Shown here piece after piece: positions 23,402 to 37,769 of a stretch of DNA of 64,000 bases. The translations under genes were made by a program, and so were the position numbers. The stretch is from Antedon mediterranea (lineage: Eukaryota; Animalia; Echinodermata), in NCBI RefSeq assembly GCF_964355755.1, contig NC_092676.1, forward strand, positions 11,447,888 to 11,511,887, given 5' to 3'. Position 1 is the first letter of the stretch. Each line of letters opens with the position of its first letter. Under the pieces are notes generated by a model that was given only the letters and a program-made list of their open reading frames with translations, searched no databases and was not told the DNA's origin.

Positions 23402-23894
23402 TAGCTACTAGGCCTAGTACTAGCCTAGGCTAGGCCTACACTTCACTATAATACTGGTGTCAGATGAAATGGGTCGCGCTGTCGTGTTTTATTTTGGCCG
23501 CATTAATTTGTATATGATGGCGCATTAGATACATTTTTAATGAAAACGCTCATTATGTTTTAATTAATTTTGAATATTAGAATTTCTAATAGTAGGCCTA
23601 CTATTTGACATTTTTTTTAACCTCGATCGTTATTTTTTAAGTGCAGTAATAGGGATAACGATGTAAAATTAAAAGTTAATATTTTTCAAACAAATTATAC
23701 ATTGTCTGTTAGTATTTTGTATCAATATTACAATAAAGAAAGAATTATGAAAATATGACTTGTAGTTTTCGAAATATAGGGTTTAAAACATCGCCGAAAA
23801 TGATCGTTTTTTAGCCACGAACGATGTAAACAAATTGTAATTGTATGAACTCGTAATTTTTCGTTAAAATAATTATATAAAATCACGATTTTAA

Positions 23895-24230
23895 AGATGT
23901 ATTGTCCCCCAAAATCATGAAAAATAAAGATTTTTAAAATCGGACTTTGAATAGGCAGTTTTGCAGTTTTAATGAAGTTGTTCACTTCCATAAGAAAAAA
24001 AACGTGGGAAAAAAATTATTTCACCTTTAAAAAGACAAAATAAACAGTTAAATTACCCAAAAACAAACAATTTGACCATTTTTTGCTTTAAATTACATTT
24101 TTCTCAGGTAAATAAAATTTTTTCAGACCCAATTTTTTGTGAGAGTGTTCAATAACTATAATGTGACATTAAAATAACATATTAAAAAAAAAAATTAAAA
24201 AAAATATTTTTTTAGGGGGACAATATATCT
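23895..24230. mobile_element. Kolobok-like MITE
   Basis: TTAA|AGATGTATTGTCCCCC ... GGGGGACAATATATCT|TCAA. Confidence 0.65.
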
Positions 24231-26576
24231 TCAAGTAACATATTTTATATATCAACATTGTAAAATTCAATAAAATATGATATTACTTATTTATTATATA
24301 AAAAAGAGTGATATTTAACCTCATTTGAAGAATTTCAATGCATTATTTTCCCGTGTAATTGGACAGGCCTGACACCATGTGACTTCACGGCACTCGCGAG
24401 AAAATTATTCCGCTGTGTGTTGAATCGCGTCAACCAATCAAAGGGCGAGAATCCAAAATCGTTCAACCGTGAGACTTGCGGAGCGGTCGAATGCGGAGGT
24501 TTGATTGGCTTGCGATGACATCATACCATAAAATGGCGTTTTTGTAGTTGAGCCCCTCGGAATTTTTCAAAAATTATTAAAAAAATGGACAAAACGGATA
24601 TTTTTTATGGTATATGGGTTGTTACTATGAAATATTCGAATCATAAAGGCCTCATATCGGGATAAAATTGTTTTTTTAGCAGTTAAAATTAATATTTTTC
24701 TTAGTAACAAGCACATGGTATGTGGAATTATATTATCTTGGTGTAGGAATAAAAAACATTTTGAGGTCATAAGAGGCTCAACTACAAAAATAAGGTTGAA
24801 ATGGTAGGTCATTGAGCCTTCCGAGGGTTTCGTAGTAAACAAAAGCTCTACGCGCTAGGCGATAACAATCTTTTAACCACCAACCATTTTTGGTTGAATG
24901 AAATGGAAATAAAAAATACTTGATCTTATAGAATAATAGGTAAATAAATATATACTCAAAATGATATATTTATAATTAATTTATTTTCAGAACAATTACT
25001 GTACCTAATAAAAAGTGTTTACCAAAGTAAAAAAATACCGCGTCAATGACATTGCGCGCATTGTAACGTGCGCGCTGTTTAATCGTGGTAATGAAAATGG
25101 AGTCAGCTCTCGGTATCCCTAGCAGTAAATATTTATCTCATTATTTATAAATAGTTTGTGTTTTCATCTTACAGGTTTTAAGCCTGTTTTCCTGTCGATC
25201 GTTGAGTTGCGTTGAGTTGACATATTCAATGATTTGACAGGAAAAGGGAGTAAAAAGCCAATGTTGGAAATCGTTAAAATCTGAAATTGTTAAAGTTGAA
25301 ACCAGTTCAACTTTAACGTTACGATCGTTAAAACTGACCAATCAAATGGTCCACAAATTACATCATTGCAGTTTTAAAAAAAATAGGTACGCGCTGACAA
25401 TTCTTGAATTTTTACAACACGACGATGTTTTTCACCTTTTTTGTACACTTTTAAGGTCTGATATTTCAAAAGTAATAGTCCATGGGCTGGAGGGGAGTTA
25501 CCGTGCACCCCCCCCCCCACAGTTAAACTTCTTTGGTATCATTTTCTTCCCACGGACATATAGAGTGAAAAAATCGATGTTAACAAGAAAAATATAGGGA
25601 TGCATTGTATGTACTTGCGTCATTTGTAATGATCATCAGTGTTTTATCTTCAAATATTTTTTGGGGTAGGGGGTAACATTTATCCTAATAACCCAATAAT
25701 CCAACATCTAATTAGTATTATCTTGGTACCATTGTGTAGCATACATCTTTTAAAATCTTATAAAATTTAAATAAAATTAATCGGACTATTAGTAGGGTCA
25801 GTAGAGGTCAAAAGGTCATTGACCTTTTACAAAAATGCACATTTTTGCCAAAATATAGATAAATTTCAACATAGTATCTATAATTTTCAATATGTTTTAT
25901 CTTAATTGTGTTTTACTTGTGCTTACTGACATATTGAATAAGAAAATATATGTTAACAAGATTAAAATTGCAGTTCATTATACACAAATTATCATTTTTT
26001 ATTCTTAAAAATTGCAATAAAAATACATTTTTTGGGGTAGGGTGTAACATTAATAGCAATAACCCAAGAATCAAACATCTAATTAGTATGATCTTGGTGT
26101 TGTTGTGTAGCATTCGTGTTTTTTAACCATATAGAATTTTAATAAAATTAATTGAACCATGTTTAAGGTCAGTAGAGGTCAAAAAGGTCACTGACCTTTT
26201 GCAAAATTACAAATATTTGCCATAATGAGATACATTTCAATATCAAATCTCCAATTTTTTCAATACTTTTCATTTTAATTGTGTTTTACTTGTGTTTACT
26301 GACATTGAATAACAAAATGTGTGTTAACATGAAAAAAAATTGCACTGCATTTAATACCAATTGTCATGTAATTTTGTTATTCTTCAAAATTACAATAAAA
26401 AGACATTTTTGGGGTAGGGGGTAGCATTAATACCAATAACCCAAGAATCAAACATCCATTGACCTTAATAATCGTTCGATTAATTTCATTTAAATTCAAC
26501 ATGATTACAAAAACATATACTGTATGCTACACATCGATACCAAGATCGTACTAATTAGATGTTAATAAAAAATAAC

Positions 26577-27623
26577 AATTTATTTATTTATTTATTTATT
26601 TCGTTTTCTTTCAGTAGGGTAGCCCTCTCAGTAATAAAATAAAACTGCTCTTCCGAGGGGCCCTACGGCACATTTAAACAAAATTTGAAAACAACTTAAA
26701 CTAAACTTAAACTAAAACTTAAACTAAAACTAAACTTCAATGCATGTTCTCATTATTATTATAACTTTTATACCATATTTAAATATATTTCACTGGAACC
26801 ATCCTAGACCACCGGCAACAATAAATGAATCTTAACAAGTGATTTAAAACGGTTATAATTGTTTTGTTTTCTTAATTCATAAGGTAGGCCATTCCAGAGT
26901 GAACTTCCATAATAAACAAAACTACGTTTGTATATTTCGAGGTTACATCTGGGCAAATACAACAGATTATTTTCATAGTTTCTGGTTTGAATATTGTGTA
27001 CACTACTAATATATTGCAAAACATCACATAAGTATGAAGGTACAGATTCTTGTAAACATCTAAATATTGTACAAATTGTATGATATTCAATTCTTGTCTT
27101 AATTGTTAGCCAACCTAAATCATAATGCATTTGTCTAACAGGAGTTCGAATATTAGCACCTAGTATTAATCGTGCAGCTCTATTTTGTACCCTTTGCAAT
27201 TTTAAAATATGGGCATTTGAACCAGTACCCCAGACTGTTGAACAATAGTCAATATGTGATAAAAATAGAGCATTGTATAATCTTTTAATAATTTTAGGAG
27301 ATGTAAAACTTTTCAATCTATAAAATAGATGTAGAATTTTTGATAGTTTTGCACATATAGAATCAATATGTACTTTCCATGAGAGTTGTTCATCAAATGT
27401 AAGTCCCAAGTATTTAAACGTTTCAACTTTCTCAATCGGAATGTTATCAAAAATTACTGTTTCATCTGTTGTTTTATTAACACGTGCATGAGTACCAAAA
27501 AGCATGTATTTGGTTTTATCAATGTTTAGAGTTAATTTATGTTTATCTAACCATTGTTTTACATTTTCCAACTGTTCAGTTAAAACTGTTGTAAGCTCTT
27601 CATTTGATTTACATGCATAAAAA
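26577..27623 (-). mobile_element. L2/CR1-group LINE, 3' part (RT C-terminus, 3' UTR, (TAAA)n tail)
   Basis: ORF 26804-27571 has WLDKHKLTLNIDKTKYM, KYLGLTFDEQLSW, HIDYCSTVWG and LQRVQNRAARLI; TTTA repeats at 26577-26601. Confidence 0.9.
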
Positions 27624-30600
27624 TAGGTATCCCAATGAAAAAATTCAGATTAATTGTTTTACTTTTTCTTTCAGTTAACCATAAAGGACTTAATGTAATT
27701 AGCATTTTGCAATTTAAATGATTGAAATCCGATTACCCGTTCTAAAGTTATGGTTATTTAAAGTGGTAAAAAATGTACGATTTTTTGCTTAAAAATGGTG
27801 TTTTTTGCAGTTAAAATTGGAAGCATTTTTAAAAGGTTATAACTTTTACAATAATGAGTTAAAAGTTTTGAATTTTGTTAAACCTATAGATATCACAGAG
27901 TTGTAAAACTCTATTTTTTTTGGAGCCTCAACGAAACCTATTTTAAAAATTATTGGTCCGCAAAGTTGGTCGGAAAGCATTTTGCGCCCATTTTTGTTGA
28001 ATTTCCCTAAAAAATGAAAAAAAATGCAATTTTTTCAATGATCTATAACTTTTGAACTATTGTACTAATTCATTTAATTTTTGTTTTACTTGTTAGAATG
28101 TAGTGTATATTTCATTAATAAATATATCAGAGATATGTGTAATATGAAACAATAATGTTTTTTTAATGGTGAAATTTAAAATTATCCCCAAAAAAATGAA
28201 AAATTATGTTAAAAACGGTGTGTACTGTTTCCTTTCTTTCACACTAATTTTTGGTAAGTATGATTATTATAATTATTATTTTAATGTACTTTATATTCAT
28301 AATTTCAATCATAAATACTATTATATATAACTTTTGAATACGTAAAACAAGATTTTAGGCCCGTATGATTATGACACCAAATCTAAGCCGGGCTAAGATA
28401 TGCTCTTTTAGGCAAACACACAATTGGTCAAAATAAACTCATTTAAAATAATCAATGTTAATTAAAACAATTAATTGTTTACCTGAATAGTATATATGCA
28501 CAAATTTGATACTGCAACAAAAAATGTGACATGACAACAAAAAATTAGAATTGTTCGTAATTCAATAAAGTCAATCTTATTTTGAATTTACATATCCCAA
28601 CAAACATAATACAAAACATAAAGATAGTCAAGTATCAACTTCCCGGGAAAATTGAGATCACAGGCTTACTATGTTGGATGTATTATGTTCGTAACATGGT
28701 GTCATTTAGAAAACTGCCTCTCCAAGGTGAGTACTTTTTTTTTCTTTATTTGATATCTGAATGATACTTATACTTAATAGAAAGACAAAAACACACATAA
28801 AAAAAATTACATGTTTTGCACACATTTATTATAATCCGTAAATTAGTTGACACCGTTACGCACATCATCAACAGTTCTTCAACAATTTGCCTGAAACTTT
28901 GCAAGAACATGAACAAAGAATGAGATGCCTACTTGCAATCAGCAAGTTTAAACCTCACTTTGAACATACCATATGGTTGTTTGTAAACCCAGCATTGTAT
29001 AATAAATACAAAATTCAATAGTTGATTATGTTGGTAACAAAGACACCAACAATTTTGACTGTTGATTCACGTCATCGCAGCTTTAAATTTGACCTGTATC
29101 CAGACGTTTTATTGTGTATATTATTAGTTGTACTGCTGGGGCTTCCTTATCAATGACCAGCGATGACAGACTAGCGCTCTGCACATGTGGTGTGGGTCAA
29201 TCTTCCAAATGACGTTCGTAACAGACTTGACACGACACACGTAAACATGTTTTACGAACATCAACAACATCTCTATAAACATAGGAAAATAACACTTATC
29301 AAAACGTAATACATTTATTGCAGAATACTTAATAAATGTATTGACTTATAATTGTATTTTATGTTGATCAACACACTTTAGGATACGTGTTATTAGCAAA
29401 GGACAGCATGTATGAATTTAATTTTATGTTCGTAACAGGCGACATGATTATTCAGTGAGGGTAATTGTGTCAAAGTTACGAACGTCAACAATGCATCAAT
29501 TGAAAGTCGGAACTACGTAATAATATAATACAACTTCACACAAAATTATATTTATTTAAAATACAAAATCAACATGATGATTTTAAATTAAATTTGTTAT
29601 TGTTAAAACAACGAAGATGTGTTTTATTTGGCAAAAAGCAGATGTTTATATTGATGTTCGTAACAGCTGACCCCAAAGTATCGGCTGAAAAATGTTTGTT
29701 TACACCCAGGGAACTGTAAAAAGCACTAAGTAAATTATGATTTTAACATAAATTTCTACCATTAAGTAAAAAATCAAAGGTTATTAGTGTCCATAGATAC
29801 TTATATTACAATAATATTTGAAAACATACCTTGATTGTGTTCCAATGTGATAGGATATTTGATGATAATAAAGTAATATGATGTGCGTAACACAGCGCAA
29901 AAAAAGTTGACACGAAAGGTGTTATCATCTGTAGCAGTGACATTTGACCTGTATCCAGACGTTTTATTGTGTATATTAGTTGTACTGCTGGGGCTTCCTT
30001 ATCAACAACCAGTGATGACAGACTAGCACTCTGCACATGTGGTGTGGGCCTGTCTAATCTTCCAAATGATGTTCGTAACAGACTTGACACGACACGTAAA
30101 CATGTTTTGAATTGTTTTTTTTTAACTGATATAAATAGCCATACAAAATTATTAAAACTTTCCAATGTTTTAGTTTAATAGATAAGATATAAATTACTAA
30201 TAATTCGTTGATTGATTAAACCTATGTTAACTCGCAAGCTAGCCCCATATGATGTTCGTAACATTTCTTGACACGACATGTTACGAACATAAGCCTGTGT
30301 TTACCATTCGAATCAAATTACATAATTTGCTATTTTTTCACATTCTCTAAAACGATCTCATAGAGCAACACATAATGCATAATGCACACACAAAAAACAC
30401 ATAAATATTTATTTATTTTTATGTCACAATTTGGTGTCTATTTTTGGTACATAAATTACATTTATTAAGGTTTCATTCTTAATATTATCTTACATATTAC
30501 CTATATCAACAACTTATATGATTGTAAAATATATGTTCATTTAAATACATATAAGACTAATTAGCAACATGTTTTAAAGAAATATATAAAATCTCTGCAG

Positions 30601-31780
30601 TATCATATTTGTGCATATATATAACATTATAAAAATGGTTTTCTTTTCGTATTTCTAACCGTAAGTATGTTATTAAATTGAAATACGGAGCTAAAGTTTA
30701 GGCCAAGTAACGGCTTACTCGCGATCAGCAGTAGCTCCCGTCAAAGTATTTCGGTCGCAGTTAATGACTTTCGACCGCCGTATACAGAGTCAAATGTAAC
30801 GTTGGTAAATTAGCTTAATAAATGTCTTCGGTACATTTAAACCTAACGCATTTGCATTGTATACTTGCATAATAAATCTTCCGCACATTACACCAATTTA
30901 AAGTTGTTAAATTAATGTCTAAAATCAGATATTCTACGATGGAAAAGGACATGTCAAGCTCCGACATCGCTGCTGTCACACATCTCGCGTCGAGCCAACC
31001 GAACTCGAGCGAGGAAAACTAAAACAACGTGTTGAAAATATGGAACGTACCATTCGCTGATAGGGTGCATTAATGTATTTAACGGAAAACACCACAACAA
31101 ACGCGCGCGTATTTTACAGTACAATATTTTACTCACTACAATATTCACCGGATTATAATGGTTGAATCTTTAAAATTCCGAACGGGATTTACGCCTCATG
31201 CACCAGTTTAAAAATGTAGATCGCTTGACGACCATAGGAAATACATTAATAAACGATGTTTTATCGAATAAAATAATGATTTCGCTTCAATTTATTACCG
31301 AATTCGATATTTTTTGATCATGCGCAATGGGTCAAAATAATACTTTTCTCACGAAAATTGATATTTCAGACTGATAAACCTGTCCGTACCAGCCTTTTTA
31401 CGTATCAAATTAAAGCTTATTCAAAATCTGATAACATACAAAAGAAATCACTCCGCTAGCTCTGACGGCCATCAAGCGATCGTGTTTTGAAAACAGGCTA
31501 GGGCTTTTCCGAATATTTTTTATCGCGCGAAAATTCGCTGGTTTGCGTTTTAGATTAATTTTGAAATGATGTTTTCGCTGGAAATACTTGATCAATTTTA
31601 ATAAATAACACATGTAATTGTAAGTGAACAATAAAACACACTCTTTCAATATATTTAATTTGTATTAAAATACAATCAAAATTACTGTAGTAATTTTAAC
31701 ATCAAAGTCATATCACTTTATAGAATTTCGTGAATTTTTCAAAACTGTCACTACGTATCGCGCGTTCATTGGGATACCTA
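27624..31780. mobile_element. hATw-like non-autonomous element with 7-bp TSD, inserted in the LINE RT
   Basis: ATAAAAA|TAGGTATCCCAATGAA ... TTCATTGGGATACCTA|ATAAAAA; removing it rejoins [17 protein letters not shown]. Confidence 0.9.
28491..30621. mobile_element. Nested element with 26-bp inverted ends and dispersed GTTCGTAACA motifs
   Basis: TATATATGCACAAATTTGATACTGCA / TGCAGTATCATATTTGTGCATATATA; internal direct duplication ~29088-29232 and ~29943-30108. Confidence 0.55.
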
Positions 31781-32826
31781 ATAAAAAAGCGCAGTGTCGT
31801 CTGCATAGAGGACTGTTTTACAAATCCCATCTACACTATCATGTAAGTCATTTATGTATAAAATAAACAACAAAGGGCCAAGAATTGAGCCTTGTGGTAC
31901 CCCATAGTTGACATTTAAAATTTCAGATTTTTTTCCATTACAATTAACAAATTGTTTGCGATTTTTTAAATAATTACTGAACCATGCAAGCTCAGTGTTT
32001 ATCATTCCAAAGGTGCATAATTTACGTAATAAAATATCGTGGTCTACCGTATCAAACGCCTTTTTTAGGTCAAGAAAAATTGCTCCAGTTACCAAGCCAT
32101 TATCAATATTTTTATATATATAATTGCATACATCTATCAGTGTAGTAGAAGTTTATTCATTTATATGATTCATAACTTGATTATGGATGCATCTTTCAAA
32201 AACTTTCATAACAATAGGTATAACAGATATTGGACGGTAGTTGTTAAGTTCATGTTTACATCCTCCTTTATAAAGCGGAGTAACCTTAGCACATTTCCAT
32301 TCACTTGGAATAACACCAGATCTTAATGACCAGTTAAACAAAAAGGCAAGACTTTGAGAAATTTGTGAAGATGCAATTTTAAGTAACCTAGCGGAAATCC
32401 CATCAATTCCAGTAGCTTTTCCAATTTCTAACTTTTCCAACAAAGCTTCAATTTCATTTCCATTAATATCTTTAAAGTTGAAACGTTGTTGACATTGTGA
32501 TAACGATTCAACGGTAATATCGTTTTGGTTGTCATTAAAATGGGATGCAAGTTCATTAGAAATTGAACAAAAATATTTATTAAAATGATTAGCAATATCA
32601 GTTGGATTGTTTATTTCATTACCGTTTACATTGAGAGTTGTTTTAGTTTGTTTCTTTTTATTGGGTAAAAAGTCTTTCATGGTTTTCCATAATGTTTTAG
32701 TGTCATTAACATAATCCTTTAATTTATTATTTATATAGTCGCGTTTTAGTGATTTAGACAAATTATTTAATTTATTTCTTGCCTTTTTGTAAGAATTCCA
32801 ATCATCTATGTTCTTAGTTTTTTTTG
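31781..32826 (-). pseudogene. L2/CR1-group LINE ORF2 relic (tether plus RT domains), 5'-truncated
   Basis: Motifs [70 protein letters not shown]; the frame breaks near 32150. Confidence 0.92.
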
Positions 32827-32916
32827 TATATAATGAACTGCAATTTTTATCTTGTTAACATATATTTTCTTATTCAATATGTCAGTAAGCACAAGTAAAA
32901 CACAATTAAGATAAAA

Positions 32917-34475
32917 ACTAGAATTCAATTCGTCACTTTGACGAATTATAGGTGATCATTTTTATCATTTTAATGAAATTAACACTTTTTAAACATGCAT
33001 GTACGTTAACATACGATCGTAAAAAGTTGATGTACGCCATCCTATGACATGATGCATACGCTTATAGTGCTGAGTTGTGCCTGTTATATGCCATATACAA
33101 TATGTACAGTATATACTGTATATCTATATACAGTGTAGCATAGTAAAATTACGGGACACACATCATGTTCTAATTTTTTGGTATGATGGAATTATCAAAA
33201 TAAACTCAAAGATGACAATTTCGAAAGATAATGAATTGAGCAAATAAACATAAGAATAGGAAGAGAATCAGGCACGTAGAAGCGCTGTGCGTGCTCTTTG
33301 AAATTTGTATAACTTTGACGAAAAAGATGAAAAAACTACTTTTTAACTTCAACTGGCCATATGTTAACTTCACAACATCCGATAGGCTTGATTTTTATAT
33401 GAATTCATATCTACATTTCATCAGCTTTCATAATAAATTATAATCATCAAGGTAACCTTCAATTCCGAAGAGCTGTATGATATTCAAATTTACGGCGAAG
33501 GTGAAATTACACGACCTACGTTATTCAAGTTTTTACGCGTGATGATGTCATCAAAATAAAAATAGTGGCAAGTCATGAGAAAGTTAATTAATTGAGCAAT
33601 CACATACTAACATTTTAGCGAAAATCGGGTACAAAATAACAGAGATGCGTTCTAATGAATGTGATAAAATATGACGAAAAAGAAAAAAAACTTAATTTTA
33701 AATTCAAGTGGCCATTTGATGACGTCACAACATTTTGTACGTACAATGTGTAAATGTATTCATATCTACAACTCAATGGCTTCCAGAATAAGTTCAAAAA
33801 ATTGGGGGTCATCATTCTGAAGAATTATTTTCATTTTAAAAATGCCTTATTTTTCACTATTTGATGCAATTAATTTGCGCATTTTGTCATTTTGAACCTG
33901 CTCGTATAGCGTTATTTTATATCGGAACTGACTCAAATTTGGTGAATGTACTAAAGATGGTGAGTAGAATGCGATTTGTAAAAAAAAAATCGTATTTTTT
34001 ACGCTTTTTAAGTATCGCGCGCGCAAAAAATTTTTTTTGCGCAGTAATTTTTTGAAACACGCAAATGGCCTAATTCATGCTCTAAATTGATCAAAACTTA
34101 ATTTTGAGGTTTTTAAATTTTTAAAGCGCGATTTCACGCGCATGACCCTACGTGTGCGTGCGTTTTTATTTGCTAATATTTTTACCCTTGACCTGAAGTT
34201 TACATTTAGTGAATTACATTAATACGTGATAATTAATTATGGAGATATGATTGATAATGTGATTTCACAAAATGGCGTATAAATTACGTCACGGATGAGT
34301 GATCACGCTGAAAAGCTTATTAGAACTAAGTTAAAGTATTTGAAAGACATTGTGAAATTTTGGTAATCATTGACATTAAACTTTTTGAGATATCTGTTAC
34401 ACAAAATCTGTACAGAAAGTAATAAATAATAACAAAGATTTCATACAATAACAATAGGTGATCATTTTATTCTAA
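32917..34475 (-). mobile_element. HINE/Helentron-like insertion splitting the right foldback arm
   Basis: Begins AAACTAG plus hairpin AATTCGTCA-CTT-TGACGAATT; ATAGGTGATCATTT near both ends; inserted in an A-run, and the host arm resumes at ~34476. Confidence 0.6.
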
Positions 34476-35744
34476 ATATTGAAAATTGTAGATACGATAT
34501 TGAAATTTATCTATATTTTGGGAAAAATTTGCATTTTGCAAAAGGTCAATGACCTTTTGACCTCTACTGACCTTAATAATCTTCCGATTAATTTTATTTA
34601 AATTTTAAAAGATTTTAAAAGATGTATGCTACACAATGTTACTAAGATAATACTAATTAGATGTTGGATTCTTGGGTTATTAGGATAAATGTTACCCCCT
34701 ACCTCAAAAAATATTTGAAGATAAAACACTGATGATCATTACAAATGACGCAAGTACATACAATGCATCCCTATATTTTTCTTTTTAACATCGATTTTTT
34801 CACTCTATATGTATATATAAATAAAAATTCCGCCCAGAAGAATGCAATTATTTTGGGTTATGCACTTTTTAGGCACTGGTCCTGATGCGCCACTGGTTAT
34901 ATTCAAGCAAGATCTATTCTTTTTACAGTACAGAAAGAAAGTACTGCTTTGTAATAGTATCTCATTGTTCTCGGAAAGTATCCTACAATGTACAAAGTAT
35001 TGTTTGTAGCAGCCAACGATGTATTGTTTATGATAATTATCTACGCGTCGATCGTAGAGGGTGGTTCGTAGGGTTAGTAATTTGTAAACACCAATGTCAT
35101 TACCTTTAGAAGCATGAACAATGGAAACAAACAATGTATTGTTGGCTAATTAAAATCCTAGAAGACGTCAATTTTTGTAGCCGCCCTACACATCGGTCGT
35201 CCTAATTTGGCAGAACATCCGCCGACGAGACGACATCGGGCCCGAGGCCCTCAGCTCACGCAGAGAGTTTCGGCGGCCTACACTATATAAATGATTTAAT
35301 CCTACCTTGGGTTAGCGAATTATAAAAACAACGACACTTAGGCTAGGACACCAACAAAATACTGTATAATATGCAAAATAAATATATATCCATGTTAAGA
35401 TTTAACATTGGCCTTTGTAAATTATTATTACGAAAAAAGGCCCGACCAGAATTTGGAGGGGAAAAACATGCGAGTCGTGGGAACAGTTTAGAGCTGTATT
35501 ACGTTTCATGTGACGCAAAATCCAGGTACACTGTTTGTAGCCACCCCTTGTCGCGTACCGAGTTAAAAAAACATGTGAGAGCGGCTGTGACGTGTCTAGG
35601 CTCGCACTGGCCGGTCGCCATGGGCGAAAACGTTTCCTGATTGGCGAAAAATAAAACGGCTACTTTAGCCATTTTGGCGATGACATATGATAAAATAGAT
35701 AATTAAATAATCATTTTGGCGAAAGCATAAAGTCCAACTAAAAG

Positions 35745-37769
35745 TAGGTATCCCAATGAAGCGGATTTTCGTTACCGCGATTTTAACACGTTCGTGAAAT
35801 TTCAAAAAGTGACGTGTCTTTGAAGTTAAAAATATACTATTTCTGATATACACATGTGAATAAAAATTATATGTCTGGAAAGATCTTGTTTAAGGGATTA
35901 TTTTCATATATTTTTAATCTATGTTTATTAAATATTTTAATAGAAAACGCGAGTTAAAAATGAGGTACAAAAGCCGGCGAGCCGAAATCCGCGCGCTAAA
36001 AATAACTTTGGAAAACACCTACCCATTTTCAAAACACGATCGCACGAGGTCCATAATAGGTGGTGGAGTAATTTTTGTTGTATGTTATCAGGCTTTAAAT
36101 ACTCTTTATTTTGATATGTAAATCGGTTATTATTATTATGTACATCCGCCTCAAATGTCAATTTTAACGATAAAAATTGAATTTTTTAGTCTTTCTCATT
36201 ATCAAAATCTGGCTAATTTAGTATTGAATTGAAGCTAATTTATATTTTTGTTTGATAAACCACATCGTTTTATTTGACTTTGCGTGGACCTCGTGCGAAG
36301 AGGCCAACAAGACCAACCACTGAAAAAAATAATCCCTACCATAAATATCAGTGTTTACCATTTTCCTTACGGGGGGGATTCAGTTCTCCGCTTATTACTA
36401 AATTATCGTCGCCCACACAATGTGCATGGAATGCATGTATTAGCGCGTTAATTAATGATTGGATAACCCCTGCAGTGGACTGTTCCATTTTCTGAACTAG
36501 TCTTCGCCGCACACGAGGCATGTCGAAAAATGTCGCCTCTCATGGAATATTTGCTTCGAAACGTCAATTTTACCGATTTATTAAATTATTTAATAAGTGG
36601 AATATTTATAAATCTACTATATAAAGCAAGTAGGTTAGGAAGAATTGTACCGAAGAAATTTAAGAAGCTTTGATTTTGCTATGCAGCGGCCGTAAGCCAT
36701 TGTATGTAGGCGGCCGAAACGCGCTTTGGCCTGTGTTGCCGTTGTATGTCTACGCTGTTTCTAGGCCTAAATTTTATTCCGTATATTTCAATTCAAAGTG
36801 CAACTTTCGGTTAGAATAATCGAAAGGGAAATAAAATTAAACATGCTACAATTATACCATTGAGGTAATTACTTTGTTAAATAAAAAATTTCTTCCCGAT
36901 ATTTCTTAGGCAGAATTTAGCGTCAGGCTTTTATTTAGACCTTGCTAGCTAGGGGCCTATCTTAACTTGTAGTAGGCGCGGCCGAGTCTACGTTCGGCCC
37001 GGCGCTCCAAATGGAATCGAACACATAATAAGCACGGGCTTAATTCTTATTTTTGGCGGTTCGAAAATCAATTTAAATAATATATGATTATAAATATAAC
37101 TTTAAATACTAGAATTATTAAAAAAAATGTATACTTACGAAAAATAATATTTAATGAAAAGAAACAATACCCACACAGTTTTTTAACGCAATATTTTTTT
37201 TTTTCACATTTTAACATTTTTTAACAATATTTTATGTTGTATTTCAGAATTACCTACCTGTCAATATAAATAACCTTACTAAAATACATATTACATTTTA
37301 TGCAATGCAAAAAAAAAGAAGTTAATTCACACATTGGTTCAAAAGTTATGAATCATTTAAAGACAGGAACTTTTTGGGCATTTTTGAGACATTGGGAAAA
37401 TCACGCGTAAAAAGCCCTCGGACGAATTTTGTAGGGCGATATCTAAAAAAAAAAATGAGGAGGACACCCAAAAAAATTTTTTTCTTGTACAACTCTGTTG
37501 TATCTATGGGTTTGGAAAAAATAAGAACTTTAAAATTATTAGTATAAAAGTTATAACCCTTCAAAAATGGGTTCAAATATAATTAGAAAAAGTGCCATTT
37601 TTCAAGCAAAAATCACTGTTTTTTGGGCACTTTAACGGACCATAACTTTTGAATGGATAATCCGATTTCAATCATTTAAATTGCAAAAGTTTATGTTCAG
37701 TAAGTTCCTTCTGATTAACTGAAAGAAAAAGTACCATCATTAATTTGAATTTTTACATTGGGATACCTA
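35745..37769. mobile_element. hATw-like element with 7-bp TSD (relative of 27624-31780, opposite orientation)
   Basis: CTAAAAG|TAGGTATCCCAATGAA ... TACATTGGGATACCTA|CTAAAAG. Confidence 0.9.

Larger units (their letters stand above)
25551..34812. mobile_element. Large foldback element with internally repeated arms (~370-bp sub-repeats), hosting a LINE, a hAT-like element and a HINE
   Basis: 25556-~25985 is inverted at 32825-32916 plus 34476-34812; left-arm sub-repeats begin near 25660, 26030 and 26405; the right terminus is eroded. Confidence 0.75.
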
